The notes below the pieces were generated by a model. It saw only the letters and a program-made list of their open reading frames with translations. It was not told where the DNA came from and did not search any database. DNA of 64,000 nucleotides. It comes from Laetmonice hystrix (taxonomy: Eukaryota). The position numbers were made by a program, and so were the translations under genes. Positions 38,101-51,885 of the stretch are shown here, piece by piece. How positions within the stretch are numbered: the stretch's first letter is position 1; the number at the start of each line of letters is the position of its first letter. The stretch covers positions 2,606,001-2,670,000 of the forward strand of contig OZ249436.1 in NCBI GenBank assembly GCA_965235115.1, in the 5' to 3' direction.

Positions 38101-40530
38101 TGTTTGCCGTAAAGCTTTAGTTAACAATGGAAAATGACGTTGTACGCCTTTTCTATATCAGATATCCCATCCCCAAGTAACAAACAAACAAAGGAAGGTT
38201 ACCGAGATTTTGCAGGCAAGAAACACCAGGGTGCAGCACAACTGCACCGAAGCGGGGGGGGGGGGTCTCCGACTGCACTGCTACCTTCCGGCTAGCGGTG
38301 GAATCACCACGTACTGGCAGGCACCTGTGGCTCTGAGGCGAGAGACAGGTTAAGGCAATGATAAGCGAAAAATGGCTACATTTTTGATGCGTCAAATTGA
38401 AACTAAGCCTCCCAAAATTATTATTCTTAGGCCAGATGTACGACTGTCAAACATATAGGTCTCGTACGTTCGCTACAGCTATATGGTTCTGATGTGTACA
38501 CTTCCCATTTGAGCATGTTCTCCAGATTTTAACATTAGATGCTCCTCGCCTGTACCTTTCATTTCCACTACCTCACTGTAGTGTTTGCACCTTTCATTAG
38601 GCCAGTCGGTAAGTTTTAAGGATTTCTCACTCTACTGGTTGGCCTTCCCCACTGCTTGGCCCCACAGTGTACTGTTTGGCCTCACTGTAGGCCTACTCTT
38701 AGGCCTTACTGTAGTGTTTGCCGTAAAGCTTTAGTTAACAATGGAAAATGACGTTGTACGCCTTTTCTATATCAGATATCCCATCCCCATGTAACAAACA
38801 AACAAAGGGGGGGGGGGTCTCCGACTGCACTGCTACCTTCCGGCTAGCGGTGGAATCACCACGTACTGGCAGGCACCTGTGGCTCTGAGGCGAGAGACAG
38901 GTTAAGGCAATGATAAGCGAAAAATGGCTACATTTTTGATGCGTCAAATTGAAACTAAGCCTCCCAAAATTATTATTCTTAGGCCAGATGTACGACTGTC
39001 AAACGTATAGGTCTCGTACGTTCGCTACAGATATATCGTTGTGATGTGTACACTTCGCATTTGGGTATCTTCTCCAGATTTTAACATTAGATGCTCCTCG
39101 CCTGTACCTTTCATTTCCTCTACCTCACTGTAGTGTTTGCATGGGTACTAGGCCAGCCGGTAAGATTTAAGGATTTTCCACTCTACTGGTTGGCCTTCCC
39201 CAATGCTTGGCCCCACAGCATACTGTTTGGCCTCACTGTAGGCCTACTCTTTGGCCTCACTGTAGTGTTCGCTTGGGTGCTAGGCCAGACAGTATACCTT
39301 GTAGCCATTCCTCCCTGTACTGTTTGGTCTTCCTCTACCGTTTGCTTGTATACAAGAGTAGCCAGTAGTATAGGGACGCCTCATGTTTCATGTTTCCATG
39401 CCTTTATTGTCCAGGAGGAAGGCCATCCGTTTCGTCTATCAATTACTCCCATCTAATCTATGTCCCCTCCAGACCATCTGTAAGCGTCCGACAACGTTGT
39501 CAGGTCGTCCCAATGACTGTTTGCCGTAAAGCTTTAGTTAACAATGGAAAATGACGTTGTACGCCTTTTCTATATCAGAAATCCCATCCCCAAGTAACAA
39601 ACAAACAAAGGAAGGTTACCGAGATTTTGCCGGCAAGAAACACCAGGGTGCAGAACAACTGCACTGAAGCGGAGGGGGGGGGGTCCCCGACTGCACTGCT
39701 ACCTTGCGGCTAGCGGTGGAATCACCACGTACTGGCAGGCACCTGTGGCTCTGAGGCGAGAGACAGGTTAAGGCAATGATAAGCGAAAAATGGCTACATT
39801 TTTGATGCGTCAAATTGAAACTAAGCGTCCCAAAATTATGATTCTTAGGCCAGATGTACGACTGTCAAACGTATAGGTCTCGTACGTTCGCTACAGGTAT
39901 ACGGTTGTGATGTGTACACTTCGCATTTGAGTATCTTCTCCAGATGTTAACATTAGATGCTCCTCGCCTGTACCTTTCATTTCCACTACCTCACTGTAGT
40001 GTTTGCACCTTTCATTAGGCCAGCCGGTAAGATTTAACGATTTTCCACTCTACTGGTTGGCCTTCCCCACTGCTTGGCCCCACAGCATACTGTTTGGCCT
40101 CACTGTAGGCCTACTCTTTGGCCTCACTGTAGTGTTCGCTTGGGTGCTAGGCCAGACGGTATACCTTGTAGCCATTCCTCCCTGTACTGTTTGGTCTTCC
40201 TCTACCGTTTGCTTGTATACAAGGGTAGCCAGTAGTATAGGGACGCCTCATGTTTCATGTTTCCATGCCTTTATTGTCCAGGACGAAGGCCATCCGTTTC
40301 GTCTATCATCTACTCCCATCTAATCTATGTCCCCCACAGACCATCTGTAAGCATCCGACAACGTTGTCAGGTCGTCCCAATGACTGTTTGCCGTAAAGCT
40401 TTAGTTAACAATGGAAAATGACGTTGTACGCCTTTTCTATATCAGATATCCCATCCCCAAGTAACAAACAAACAAAGGAAGGTTACCGAGATTTTGCAGG
40501 CAAGAAACACCAGGGTGCAGCACAACTGCA
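32130..40530. repeat. 4-monomer (~3.15-kb) higher-order repeat, ~2.7 copies, each containing a ~552-bp double-deleted monomer
   Basis: Landmarks 32099/35246/38395 and 33517/36664/39813 are offset by 3147-3149 bp. Shared variants: CATGGGTACTAGG (~32843, ~35990, ~39140), CAGAACAAC, and ATGTCATGCG (~34431, ~37578). Confidence 0.93.
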
Positions 40531-43189
40531 CCGAAGCGGGGGGGGGGGGGTCTCCGACTGCACTGCTACCTTCCGGCTAGCGGTGGAATCACCACGTACT
40601 GGCAGGCACCTATGGCTCTGAGGCGAGAGACAGGTTAAGGCAATGATAAGCGAAAAATGGCTACATTTTTGATGCGTCAAATTGAAACTAAGCCTCCCAA
40701 AATTATGATTCTTAGGCCAGATGTACGGCTGTCAAACGTATAGGTCTCGTACGTTCGCTACAGATATATGGTTGTGATGTGTACACTTCCCATTTGAGCA
40801 TGTTCTCCAGATTTTAACATTAGATGCTCCTCGCCTGTACCTTTCATTTCCACTACCTCACTGTAGTGTTTGCACCTTTCATTAGGCCAGCCGGTAAGAT
40901 TTAACGATTTTCCACTCTACTGGTTGGCCTTCCCCACTGCTTGGCCCCACAGCATACTGTTTGGCCTCACTGTAGGCCTACTCTTTGGCCTCACTGTAGT
41001 GTTCGCTTGGGTGCTAGGCCAGACAGTATACCTTGTAGCCATTCCTCCCTGTACTGTTTGGTCTTCCTCTACCGTTTGCTTGTATACAAGAGTAGCCAGT
41101 AGTATAGGGACGCCTCATGTTTCATGTTTCCATGCCTTTATTGTCCAGGAGGAAGGCCATCCGTTTCGTCTATCAATTACTCCCATCTAATCTATGTCCC
41201 CTACAGACCATCTGTAAGCGTCCGACAATGTTGTCAGGTCGTCCCAATGACTGTTTGCCGTAAGGCTTTAGTTAACAATGGAAAATGACGTTGTACGCCT
41301 TTTCTATATCAGATATCCCATCCCCAAGTAACAAACAAACAAAGGAAGGTTACCGAGATTTTGCAGGCAAGAAACACCAGGGTGCAGCACAACTGCACTG
41401 AAGCGGGGGGGGGGGGGCACTCCGACTGCACTGCTACCTTCCGGCTAGCGGTGGAATCACCACGTACTGGCAGGCACCTGTGGCTCTGAGGCGAGAGACA
41501 GGTTAGGGCAATGATAAGCGAAAAATGGCTACATTTTTGATGCGTCAAATTGAAACTAAGCCTCCCAAAATTATGATTCTTAGGCCAGATGTACGACTGT
41601 CAAACGTATAGCTCTCGTACGTTCGCTACAGATATATGGTTGTGATGTGTACACTTCCCATTTGAGCATGTTCTCCAGATTTTGACATTAGATGCTCCTC
41701 GCCTGTACCTTTCATTTCCACTACCTCACTGTAGTGTTTGCACCTTTCATTAGGCCAGCCGGTAAGATTTAACGATTTTCCACTCTACTGGTTGGCCTTC
41801 CCCACTGCTTGGCCCCACAGCATACTGTTTGGCCTCACTGTAGGCCTACTCTTTGGCCTCACTGTAGTGTTCGCTTGGGTGCTAGGCCAGACAGTATACC
41901 TTGTAGCCATTCCTCCCTGTACTGTTTGGTCTTCCTCTACCGTTTGCTTGTATACAAGAGTAGCCAGTAGTATAGGGACGCCTCATGTTTCATGTTTCCA
42001 TGCCTTTATTGTCCAGGAGGAAGGCCATCCGTTTCGTCTATCAATTACTCCCATCTAATCTATGTCCCCTACAGACCATCTGTAAGCGTCCGACAATGTT
42101 GTCAGGTCGTCCCAATGACTGTTTGCCGTAAGGCTTTAGTTAACAATGGAAAATGACGTTGTACGCCTTTTCTATATCAGATATCCCATCCCCAAGTAAC
42201 AAACAAACAAAGGAAGGTTACCGAGATTTTGCAGGCAAGAAACACCAGGGTGCAGCACAACTGCACTGAAGCGGGGGGGGGCACTCCGACTGCACTGCTA
42301 CCTTCCGGCTAGCGGTGGAATCACCACGTACTGGCAGGCACCTGTGGCTCTGAGGCGAGAGACAGGTTAGGGCAATGATAAGCGAAAAATGGCTACATTT
42401 TTGATGCGTCAAATTGAAACTAAGCCTCCCAAAATTATGATTCTTAGGCCAGATGTACGACTGTCAAACGTATAGCTCTCGTACGTTCGCTACAGATATA
42501 TGGTTGTGATGTGTACACTTCCCATTTGAGCATGTTCTCCAGATTTTGACATTAGATGCTCCTCGCCTGTACCTTTCATTTCCACTACCTCACTGTAGTG
42601 TTTGCACCTTTCATTAGGCCAGCCGGTAAGATTTAAGGATTTTCCACTCTACTGGTTGGCCTTCCCCACTGCTTGGCCCCACAGCATACTGTTTGGCCTC
42701 ACTGTAGGCCTACTCTTTGGCCTCACTGTAGTGTTCGCTTGGGTGCTAGGCCAGACGGTATACCTTGTAGCCATTCCTCCCTGTACTGTTTGGTCTTCCT
42801 CTACCGTTCTCTTGTATACAAGAGTAGCCAGTAGTATAGGGACGCCTCATGTTTCATGTTTCCATGCCTTTATTGTCCAGGAGGAAGGCCATCCGTTTCG
42901 TCTATCATCTACTCCCATCTAATCTAGGTCCCCCACAGACCATCTGTAAGCGTCCGACAACGTTGTCAGGTCGTCCCAATGACTGTTTGCCGTAAAGCTT
43001 TAGTTAACAATGGAAAATGACGTTGTACGCCTTTTCTATATCAGAAATCCCATCCCCAAGTAACAAACAAACAAAGGAAGGTTACCGAGATTTTGCCGGC
43101 AAGAAACACCAGGGTGCAGAACAACTGCACTGAAGCGGAGGGGGGGGGGGTCCCCGACTGCACTGCTACCTTGCGGCTAGCGGTGGAAT

Positions 43190-46100
43190 CACCACGTACT
43201 GGCAGGCACCTGTGGCTCTGAGGCGAGAGACAGGTTAAGGCAATGATAAGCGAAAAATGGCTACATTTTTGATGCGTCAAATTGAAACTAAGCGTCCCAA
43301 AATTATGATTCTTAGGCCAGATGTACGACTGTCAAACGTATAGGTCTCGTACGTTCGCTACAGGTATACGGTTGTGATGTGTACACTTCGCATTTGAGTA
43401 TCTTCTCCAGATGTTAACATTAGATGCTCCTCGCCTGTACCTTTCATTTCCACTACCTCACTGTAGTGTTTGCACCTTTCATTAGGCCAGCCGGTAAGAT
43501 TTAACGATTTTCCACTCTACTGGTTGGCCTTCCCCACTGCTTGGCCCCACAGCATACTGTTTGGCCTCACTGTAGGCCTACTCTTTGGCCTCACTGTAGT
43601 GTTCGCTTGGGTGCTAGGCCAGACGGTATACCTTGTAGCCATTCCTCCCTGTACTGTTTGGTCTTCCTCTACCGTTTGCTTGTATACAAGGGTAGCCAGT
43701 AGTATAGGGACGCCTCATGTTTCATGTTTCCATGCCTTTATTGTCCAGGACGAAGGCCATCCGTTTCGTCTATCATCTACTCCCATCTAATCTATGTCCC
43801 CCACAGACCATCTGTAAGCATCCGACAACGTTGTCAGGTCGTCCCAATGACTGTTTGCCGTAAAGCTTTAGTTAACAATGGAAAATGACGTTGTACGCCT
43901 TTTCTATATCAGATATCCCATCCCCAAGTAACAAACAAACAAAGGAAGGTTACCGAGATTTTGCAGGCAAGAAACACCAGGGTGCAGCACAACTGCACCG
44001 AAGCGGGGGGGGGGGGGTCTCCGACTGCACTGCTACCTTCCGGCTAGCGGTGGAATCACCACGTACTGGCAGGCACCTATGGCTCTGAGGCGAGAGACAG
44101 GTTAAGGCAATGATAAGCGAAAAATGGCTACATTTTTGATGCGTCAAATTGAAACTAAGCCTCCCAAAATTATGATTCTTAGGCCAGATGTACGACTGTC
44201 AAACGTATAGGTCTCGTACGTTCGCTACAGATATATGGTTGTGATGTGTACACTTCCCATTTGAGCATGTTCTCCAGATTTTAACATTAGATGCTCCTCG
44301 CCTGTACCTTTCATTTCCACTACCTCACTGTAGTGTTTGCACCTTTCATTAGGCCAGCCGGTAAGATTTAACGATTTTCCACTCTACTGGTTGGCCTTCC
44401 CCACTGCTTGGCCCCACAGCATACTGTTTGGCCTCACTGTAGGCCTACTCTTTGGCCTCACTGTAGTGTTCGCTTGGGTGCTAGGCCAGACAGTATACCT
44501 TGTAGCCATTCCTCCCTGTACTGTTTGGTCTTCCTCTACCGTTTGCTTGTATACAAGAGTAGCCAGTAGTATAGGGACGCCTCATGTTTCATGTTTCCAT
44601 GCCTTTATTGTCCAGGAGGAAGGCCATCCGTTTCGTCTATCAATTACTCCCATCTAATCTATGTCCCCTACAGACCATCTGTAAGCGTCCGACAATGTTG
44701 TCAGGTCGTCCCAATGACTGTTTGCCGTAAGGCTTTAGTTAACAATGGAAAATGACGTTGTACGCCTTTTCTATATCAGATATCCCATCCCCAAGTAACA
44801 AACAAACAAAGGAAGGTTACCGAGATTTTGCAGGCAAGAAACACCAGGGTGCAGCACAACTGCACTGAAGCGGGGGCGGGGGCACTCCGACTGCACTGCT
44901 ACCTTCCGGCTAGCGGTGGAATCACCACGTACTGGCAGGCACCTGTGGCTCTGAGGCGAGAGACAGGTTAGGGCAATGATAAGCGAAAAATGGCTACATT
45001 TTTGATGCGTCAAATTGAAACTAAGCCTCCCAAAATTATGATTCTTAGGCCAGATGTACGACTGTCAAACGTATAGCTCTCGTACGTTCGCTACAGATAT
45101 ATGGTTGTGATGTGTACACTTCCCATTTGAGCATGTTCTCCAGATTTTGACATTAGATGCTCCTCGCCTGTACCTTTCATTTCCACTACCTCACTGTAGT
45201 GTTTGCACCTTTCATTAGGCCAGCCGGTAAGATTTAAGGATTTTCCACTCTACTGGTTGGCCTTCCCCACTGCTTGGCCCCACAGCATACTGTTTGGCCT
45301 CACTGTAGGCCTACTCTTTGGCCTCACTGTAGTGTTCGCTTGGGTGCTAGGCCAGACGGTATACCTTGTAGCCATTCCTCCCTGTACTGTTTGGTCTTCC
45401 TCTACCGTTCTCTTGTATACAAGAGTAGCCAGTAGTATAGGGACGCCTCATGTTTCATGTTTCCATGCCTTTATTGTCCAGGAGGAAGGCCATCCGTTTC
45501 GTCTATCATCTACTCCCATCTAATCTAGGTCCCCCACAGACCATCTGTAAGCGTCCGACAACGTTGTCAGGTCGTCCCAATGACTGTTTCCCGTAAAGCT
45601 TTAGTTAACAATGGAAAATGACGTTGTACGCCTTTTCTATATCAGATATCCCATCCCCAAGTAACAAACAAACAAAGGAAGGTTACCGAGATTTTGCAGG
45701 CAAGAAACACCAGGGTGCAGCACAACTGCACTGAAGCGGGGGGGGGGCACTCCGACTGCACTGCTACCTTCCGGCTAGCGGTGGAATCACCACGTACTGG
45801 CAGGCACCTGTGGCTCTGAGGCGAGAGACAGGTTAGGGCAATGATAAGCGAAAAATGGCTACATTTTTGATGCGTCAAATTGAAACTAAGCCTCCCAAAA
45901 TTATGATTCTTAGGCCAGATGTACGACTGTCAAACGTATAGCTCTCGTAGGTTCGCTACAGCTATATGGTTGTGATGTGTACACTTCGCATTTGGGTATC
46001 TTCTCCAGATTTTAACATTAGATGCTCCTCGCCTGTACCTTTCATTTCCACTACCTCACTGTAGTGTTTGCACCTTTCATTAGGCCAGTCGGTAAGATTT

Positions 46101-49100
46101 AAGGATTTCTCACTCTACTGGTTGGCCTTCCCCACTGCTTGGCCCCACAGTGTACCGTTTGGCCTCACTGTAGGCCTACTCTTTGGCCTCACTGTAGTGT
46201 TCGCTTGGGTGCTAGGCCAGACAGTATACCTTGTAGCCATTCCTCCCTGTACTGTTTGGTCTTCCTCTACCGTTCTCTTGTATATAAGAGTAGCCAGTAG
46301 TATAGGGACGCCTCATGTTTCATGTTTCCATGCCTTTATTGTCCAGGAGGAAGGCCATCCGTTTCGTCTATCATCTACTCCCATCTAATCTAGGTCCCCC
46401 ACAGACCATCTGTAAGCGTCCGACAACGTTGTCAGGTCGTCCCAATGACTGTTTGCCGTAAAGCTTTAGTTAACAATGGAAAATGACGTTGTACGCCTTT
46501 TCTATATCAGATATCCCATCCCCAAGTAACAAACAAACAAAGGAAGGTTACCGAGATTTTGCAGGCAAGAAACACCAGGGTGCAGCACAACTGCACTGAA
46601 GCGGGGGGGGGGCACTCCGACTGCACTGCTACCTTCCGGCTAGCGGTGGAATCACCACGTACTGGCAGGCACCTGTGGCTCTGAGGCGAGAGACAGGTTA
46701 AGGCAATGATTAGCGAAAAATGGCTACATTTTTGATGCGTCAAATTGAAACTAAGCCTCCCAAAATTATGATTCTTAGGCCAGATGTACGAATGTCAAAC
46801 GTATAGGTCTCGTAGGTTCGCTACAGCTATATGGTTGTGATGTGTACACTTCCCATTTGAGCATGTTCTCCAGATTTTAACATTAGATGCTCCTCGCCTG
46901 TACCTTTCATTTCCACTACCTCACTGTAGTGTTTGCACCTTTCATTAGGCCAGTCGGTAAGATTTAAGGATTTCTCACTCTACTGGTTGGCCTTCCCCAC
47001 TGCTTGGCCCCACAGTGTACCGTTTGGCCTCACTGTAGGCCTACTCTTTGGCCTCACTGTAGTGTTCGCTTGGGTGCTAGGCCAGACAGTATACTTTGTA
47101 GCGATTCCTCCCTTACTGTTTGGTCTTTCTCTACCGTTTGCTTGTATACAAGAGTAGCCAGTAGTATAGGGACGCCTCATGTTTCATGTTTCCATGCCTT
47201 TATTGTCCAGGAGGAAGGCCATCCGTTTCGTCTATCAATTACTCCCATCTAATCTATGTCCCCTACAGACCATCTGTAAGCGTCCGACAATGTTGTCAGG
47301 TCGTCCCAATGACTGTTTGCCGTAAGGCTTTAGTTAACAATGGAAAATGACGTTGTACGCCTTTTCTATATCAGATATCCCATCCCCAAGTAACAAACAA
47401 ACAAAGGAAGGTTACCGAGATTTTGCAGGCAAGAAACACCAGGGTGCAGCACAACTGCACTGAAGCGGGGGGGGGCACTCCGACTGCACTGCTACCTTCC
47501 GGCTAGCGGTGGAATCACCACGTACTGGCAGGCACCTGTGGCTCTGAGGCGAGAGACAGGTTAAGGCAATGATAAGCGAAAAATGGCTACATTTTTGATG
47601 CGTCAAATTGAAACTAAGCGTCCCAAAATTATGATTCTTAGGCCAGATGTACGACTGTCAAACGTATAGGTCTCGTACGTTCGCTACAGGTATACGGTTG
47701 TGATGTGTACACTTCGCATTTGAGTATCTTCTCCAGATGTTAACATTAGATGCTCCTCGCCTGTACCTTTCATTTCCACTACCTCACTGTAGTGTTTGCA
47801 CCTTTCATTAGGCCAGCCGGTAAGATTTAACGATTTTCCACTCTACTGGTTGGCCTTCCCCACTGCTTGGCCCCACAGCATACTGTTTGGCCTCACTGTA
47901 GGCCTACTCTTTGGCCTCACTGTAGTGTTCGCTTGGGTGCTAGGCCAGACGGTATACCTTGTAGCCATTCCTCCCTGTACTGTTTGGTCTTCCTCTACCG
48001 TTTGCTTGTATACAAGGGTAGCCAGTAGTATAGGGACGCCTCATGTTTCATGTTTCCATGCCTTTATTGTCCAGGACGAAGGCCATCCGTTTCGTCTATC
48101 ATCTACTCCCATCTAATCTATGTCCCCCACAGACCATCTGTAAGCATCCGACAACGTTGTCAGGTCGTCCCAATGACTGTTTGCCGTAAAGCTTTAGTTA
48201 ACAATGGAAAATGACGTTGTACGCCTTTTCTATATCAGATATCCCATCCCCAAGTAACAAACAAACAAAGGAAGGTTACCGAGATTTTGCAGGCAAGAAA
48301 CACCAGGGTGCAGCACAACTGCACCGAAGCGGGGGGGGGGGGGGTCTCCGACTGCACTGCTACCTTCCGGCTAGCGGTGGAATCACCACGTACTGGCAGG
48401 CACCTATGGCTCTGAGGCGAGAGACAGGTTAAGGCAATGATAAGCGAAAAATGGCTACATTTTTGATGCGTCAAATTGAAACTAAGCCTCCCAAAATTAT
48501 GATTCTTAGGCCAGATGTACGACTGTCAAACGTATAGGTCTCGTACGTTCGCTACAGATATATGGTTGTGATGTGTACACTTCCCATTTGAGCATGTTCT
48601 CCAGATTTTAACATTAGATGCTCCTCGCCTGTACCTTTCATTTCCACTACCTCACTGTAGTGTTTGCACCTTTCATTAGGCCAGCCGGTAAGATTTAACG
48701 ATTTTCCACTCTACTGGTTGGCCTTCCCCACTGCTTGGCCCCACAGCATACTGTTTGGCCTCACTGTAGGCCTACTCTTTGGCCTCACTGTAGTGTTCGC
48801 TTGGGTGCTAGGCCAGACAGTATACCTTGTAGCCATTCCTCCCTGTACTGTTTGGTCTTCCTCTACCGTTTGCTTGTATACAAGAGTAGCCAGTAGTATA
48901 GGGACGCCTCATGTTTCATGTTTCCATGCCTTTATTGTCCAGGAGGAAGGCCATCCGTTTCGTCTATCAATTACTCCCATCTAATCTATGTCCCCTACAG
49001 ACCATCTGTAAGCGTCCGACAATGTTGTCAGGTCGTCCCAATGACTGTTTGCCGTAAGGCTTTAGTTAACAATGGAAAATGACGTTGTACGCCTTTTCTA

Positions 49101-51885
49101 TATCAGATATCCCATCCCCAAGTAACAAACAAACAAAGGAAGGTTACCGAGATTTTGCAGGCAAGAAACACCAGGGTGCAGCACAACTGCACTGAAGCGG
49201 GGGCGGGGGCACTCCGACTGCACTGCTACCTTCCGGCTAGCGGTGGAATCACCACGTACTGGCAGGCACCTGTGGCTCTGAGGCGAGAGACAGGTTAGGG
49301 CAATGATAAGCGAAAAATGGCTACATTTTTGATGCGTCAAATTGAAACTAAGCCTCCCAAAATTATGATTCTTAGGCCAGATGTACGACTGTCAAACGTA
49401 TAGCTCTCGTACGTTCGCTACAGATATATGGTTGTGATGTGTACACTTCCCATTTGAGCATGTTCTCCAGATTTTGACATTAGATGCTCCTCGCCTGTAC
49501 CTTTCATTTCCACTACCTCACTGTAGTGTTTGCACCTTTCATTAGGCCAGCCGGTAAGATTTAAGGATTTTCCACTCTACTGGTTGGCCTTCCCCACTGC
49601 TTGGCCCCACAGCATACTGTTTGGCCTCACTGTAGGCCTACTCTTTGGCCTCACTGTAGTGTTCGCTTGGGTGCTAGGCCAGACGGTATACCTTGTAGCC
49701 ATTCCTCCCTGTACTGTTTGGTCTTCCTCTACCGTTCTCTTGTATACAAGAGTAGCCAGTAGTATAGGGACGCCTCATGTTTCATGTTTCCATGCCTTTA
49801 TTGTCCAGGAGGAAGGCCATCCGTTTCGTCTATCATCTACTCCCATCTAATCTAGGTCCCCCACAGACCATCTGTAAGCGTCCGACAACGTTGTCAGGTC
49901 GTCCCAATGACTGTTTCCCGTAAAGCTTTAGTTAACAATGGAAAATGACGTTGTACGCCTTTTCTATATCAGATATCCCATCCCCAAGTAACAAACAAAC
50001 AAAGGAAGGTTACCGAGATTTTGCAGGCAAGAAACACCAGGGTGCAGCACAACTGCACTGAAGCGGGGGGGGGGCACTCCGACTGCACTGCTACCTTCCG
50101 GCTAGCGGTGGAATCACCACGTACTGGCAGGCACCTGTGGCTCTGAGGCGAGAGACAGGTTAGGGCAATGATAAGCGAAAAATGGCTACATTTTTGATGC
50201 GTCAAATTGAAACTAAGCCTCCCAAAATTATGATTCTTAGGCCAGATGTACGACTGTCAAACGTATAGCTCTCGTAGGTTCGCTACAGCTATATGGTTGT
50301 GATGTGTACACTTCGCATTTGGGTATCTTCTCCAGATTTTAACATTAGATGCTCCTCGCCTGTACCTTTCATTTCCACTACCTCACTGTAGTGTTTGCAC
50401 CTTTCATTAGGCCAGTCGGTAAGATTTAAGGATTTCTCACTCTACTGGTTGGCCTTCCCCACTGCTTGGCCCCACAGTGTACCGTTTGGCCTCACTGTAG
50501 GCCTACTCTTTGGCCTCACTGTAGTGTTCGCTTGGGTGCTAGGCCAGACAGTATACCTTGTAGCCATTCCTCCCTGTACTGTTTGGTCTTCCTCTACCGT
50601 TCTCTTGTATATAAGAGTAGCCAGTAGTATAGGGACGCCTCATGTTTCATGTTTCCATGCCTTTATTGTCCAGGAGGAAGGCCATCCGTTTCGTCTATCA
50701 TCTACTCCCATCTAATCTAGGTCCCCCACAGACCATCTGTAAGCGTCCGACAACGTTGTCAGGTCGTCCCAATGACTGTTTGCCGTAAAGCTTTAGTTAA
50801 CAATGGAAAATGACGTTGTACGCCTTTTCTATATCAGATATCCCATCCCCAAGTAACAAACAAACAAAGGAAGGTTACCGAGATTTTGCAGGCAAGAAAC
50901 ACCAGGGTGCAGCACAACTGCACTGAAGCGGGGGGGGGCACTCCGACTGCACTGCTACCTTCCGGCTAGCGGTGGAATCACCACGTACTGGCAGGCACCT
51001 GTGGCTCTGAGGCGAGAGACAGGTTAAGGCAATGATTAGCGAAAAATGGCTACATTTTTGATGCGTCAAATTGAAACTAAGCCTCCCAAAATTATGATTC
51101 TTAGGCCAGATGTACGAATGTCAAACGTATAGGTCTCGTAGGTTCGCTACAGCTATATGGTTGTGATGTGTACACTTCCCATTTGAGCATGTTCTCCAGA
51201 TTTTAACATTAGATGCTCCTCGCCTGTACCTTTCATTTCCACTACCTCACTGTAGTGTTTGCACCTTTCATTAGGCCAGTCGGTAAGATTTAAGGATTTC
51301 TCACTCTACTGGTTGGCCTTCCCCACTGCTTGGCCCCACAGTGTACCGTTTGGCCTCACTGTAGGCCTACTCTTTGGCCTCACTGTAGTGTTCGCTTGGG
51401 TGCTAGGCCAGACAGTATACTTTGTAGCGATTCCTCCCTTACTGTTTGGTCTTTCTCTACCGTTTGCTTGTATACAAGAGTAGCCAGTAGTATAGGGACG
51501 CCTCATGTTTCATGTTTCCATGCCTTTATTGTCCAGGAGGAAGGCCATCCGTTTCGTCTATCAATTACTCCCATCTAATCTATGTCCCCTACAGACCATC
51601 TGTAAGCGTCCGACAATGTTGTCAGGTCGTCCCAATGACTGTTTGCCGTAAGGCTTTAGTTAACAATGGAAAATGACGTTGTACGCCTTTTCTATATCAG
51701 ATATCCCATCCCCAAGTAACAAACAAACAAAGGAAGGTTACCGAGATTTTGCAGGCAAGAAACACCAGGGTGCAGCACAACTGCACTGAAGCGGGGGGGG
51801 GGGCACTCCGACTGCACTGCTACCTTCCGGCTAGCGGTGGAATCACCACGTACTGGCAGGCACCTGTGGCTCTGAGGCGAGAGAC
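43190..51885. repeat. 5-monomer (~4.33-kb) tandem duplication, two copies
   Basis: Landmarks 44147/48474, 45013/49340, 45878/50205 and 46743/51069 are offset by 4326-4327 bp. Private variants seen twice: GGGGGCGGGG, GTTTCCCG (~45586, ~49913), TATATAAG (~46281, ~50608), GGTCTTTCT (~47122, ~51448). Confidence 0.92.
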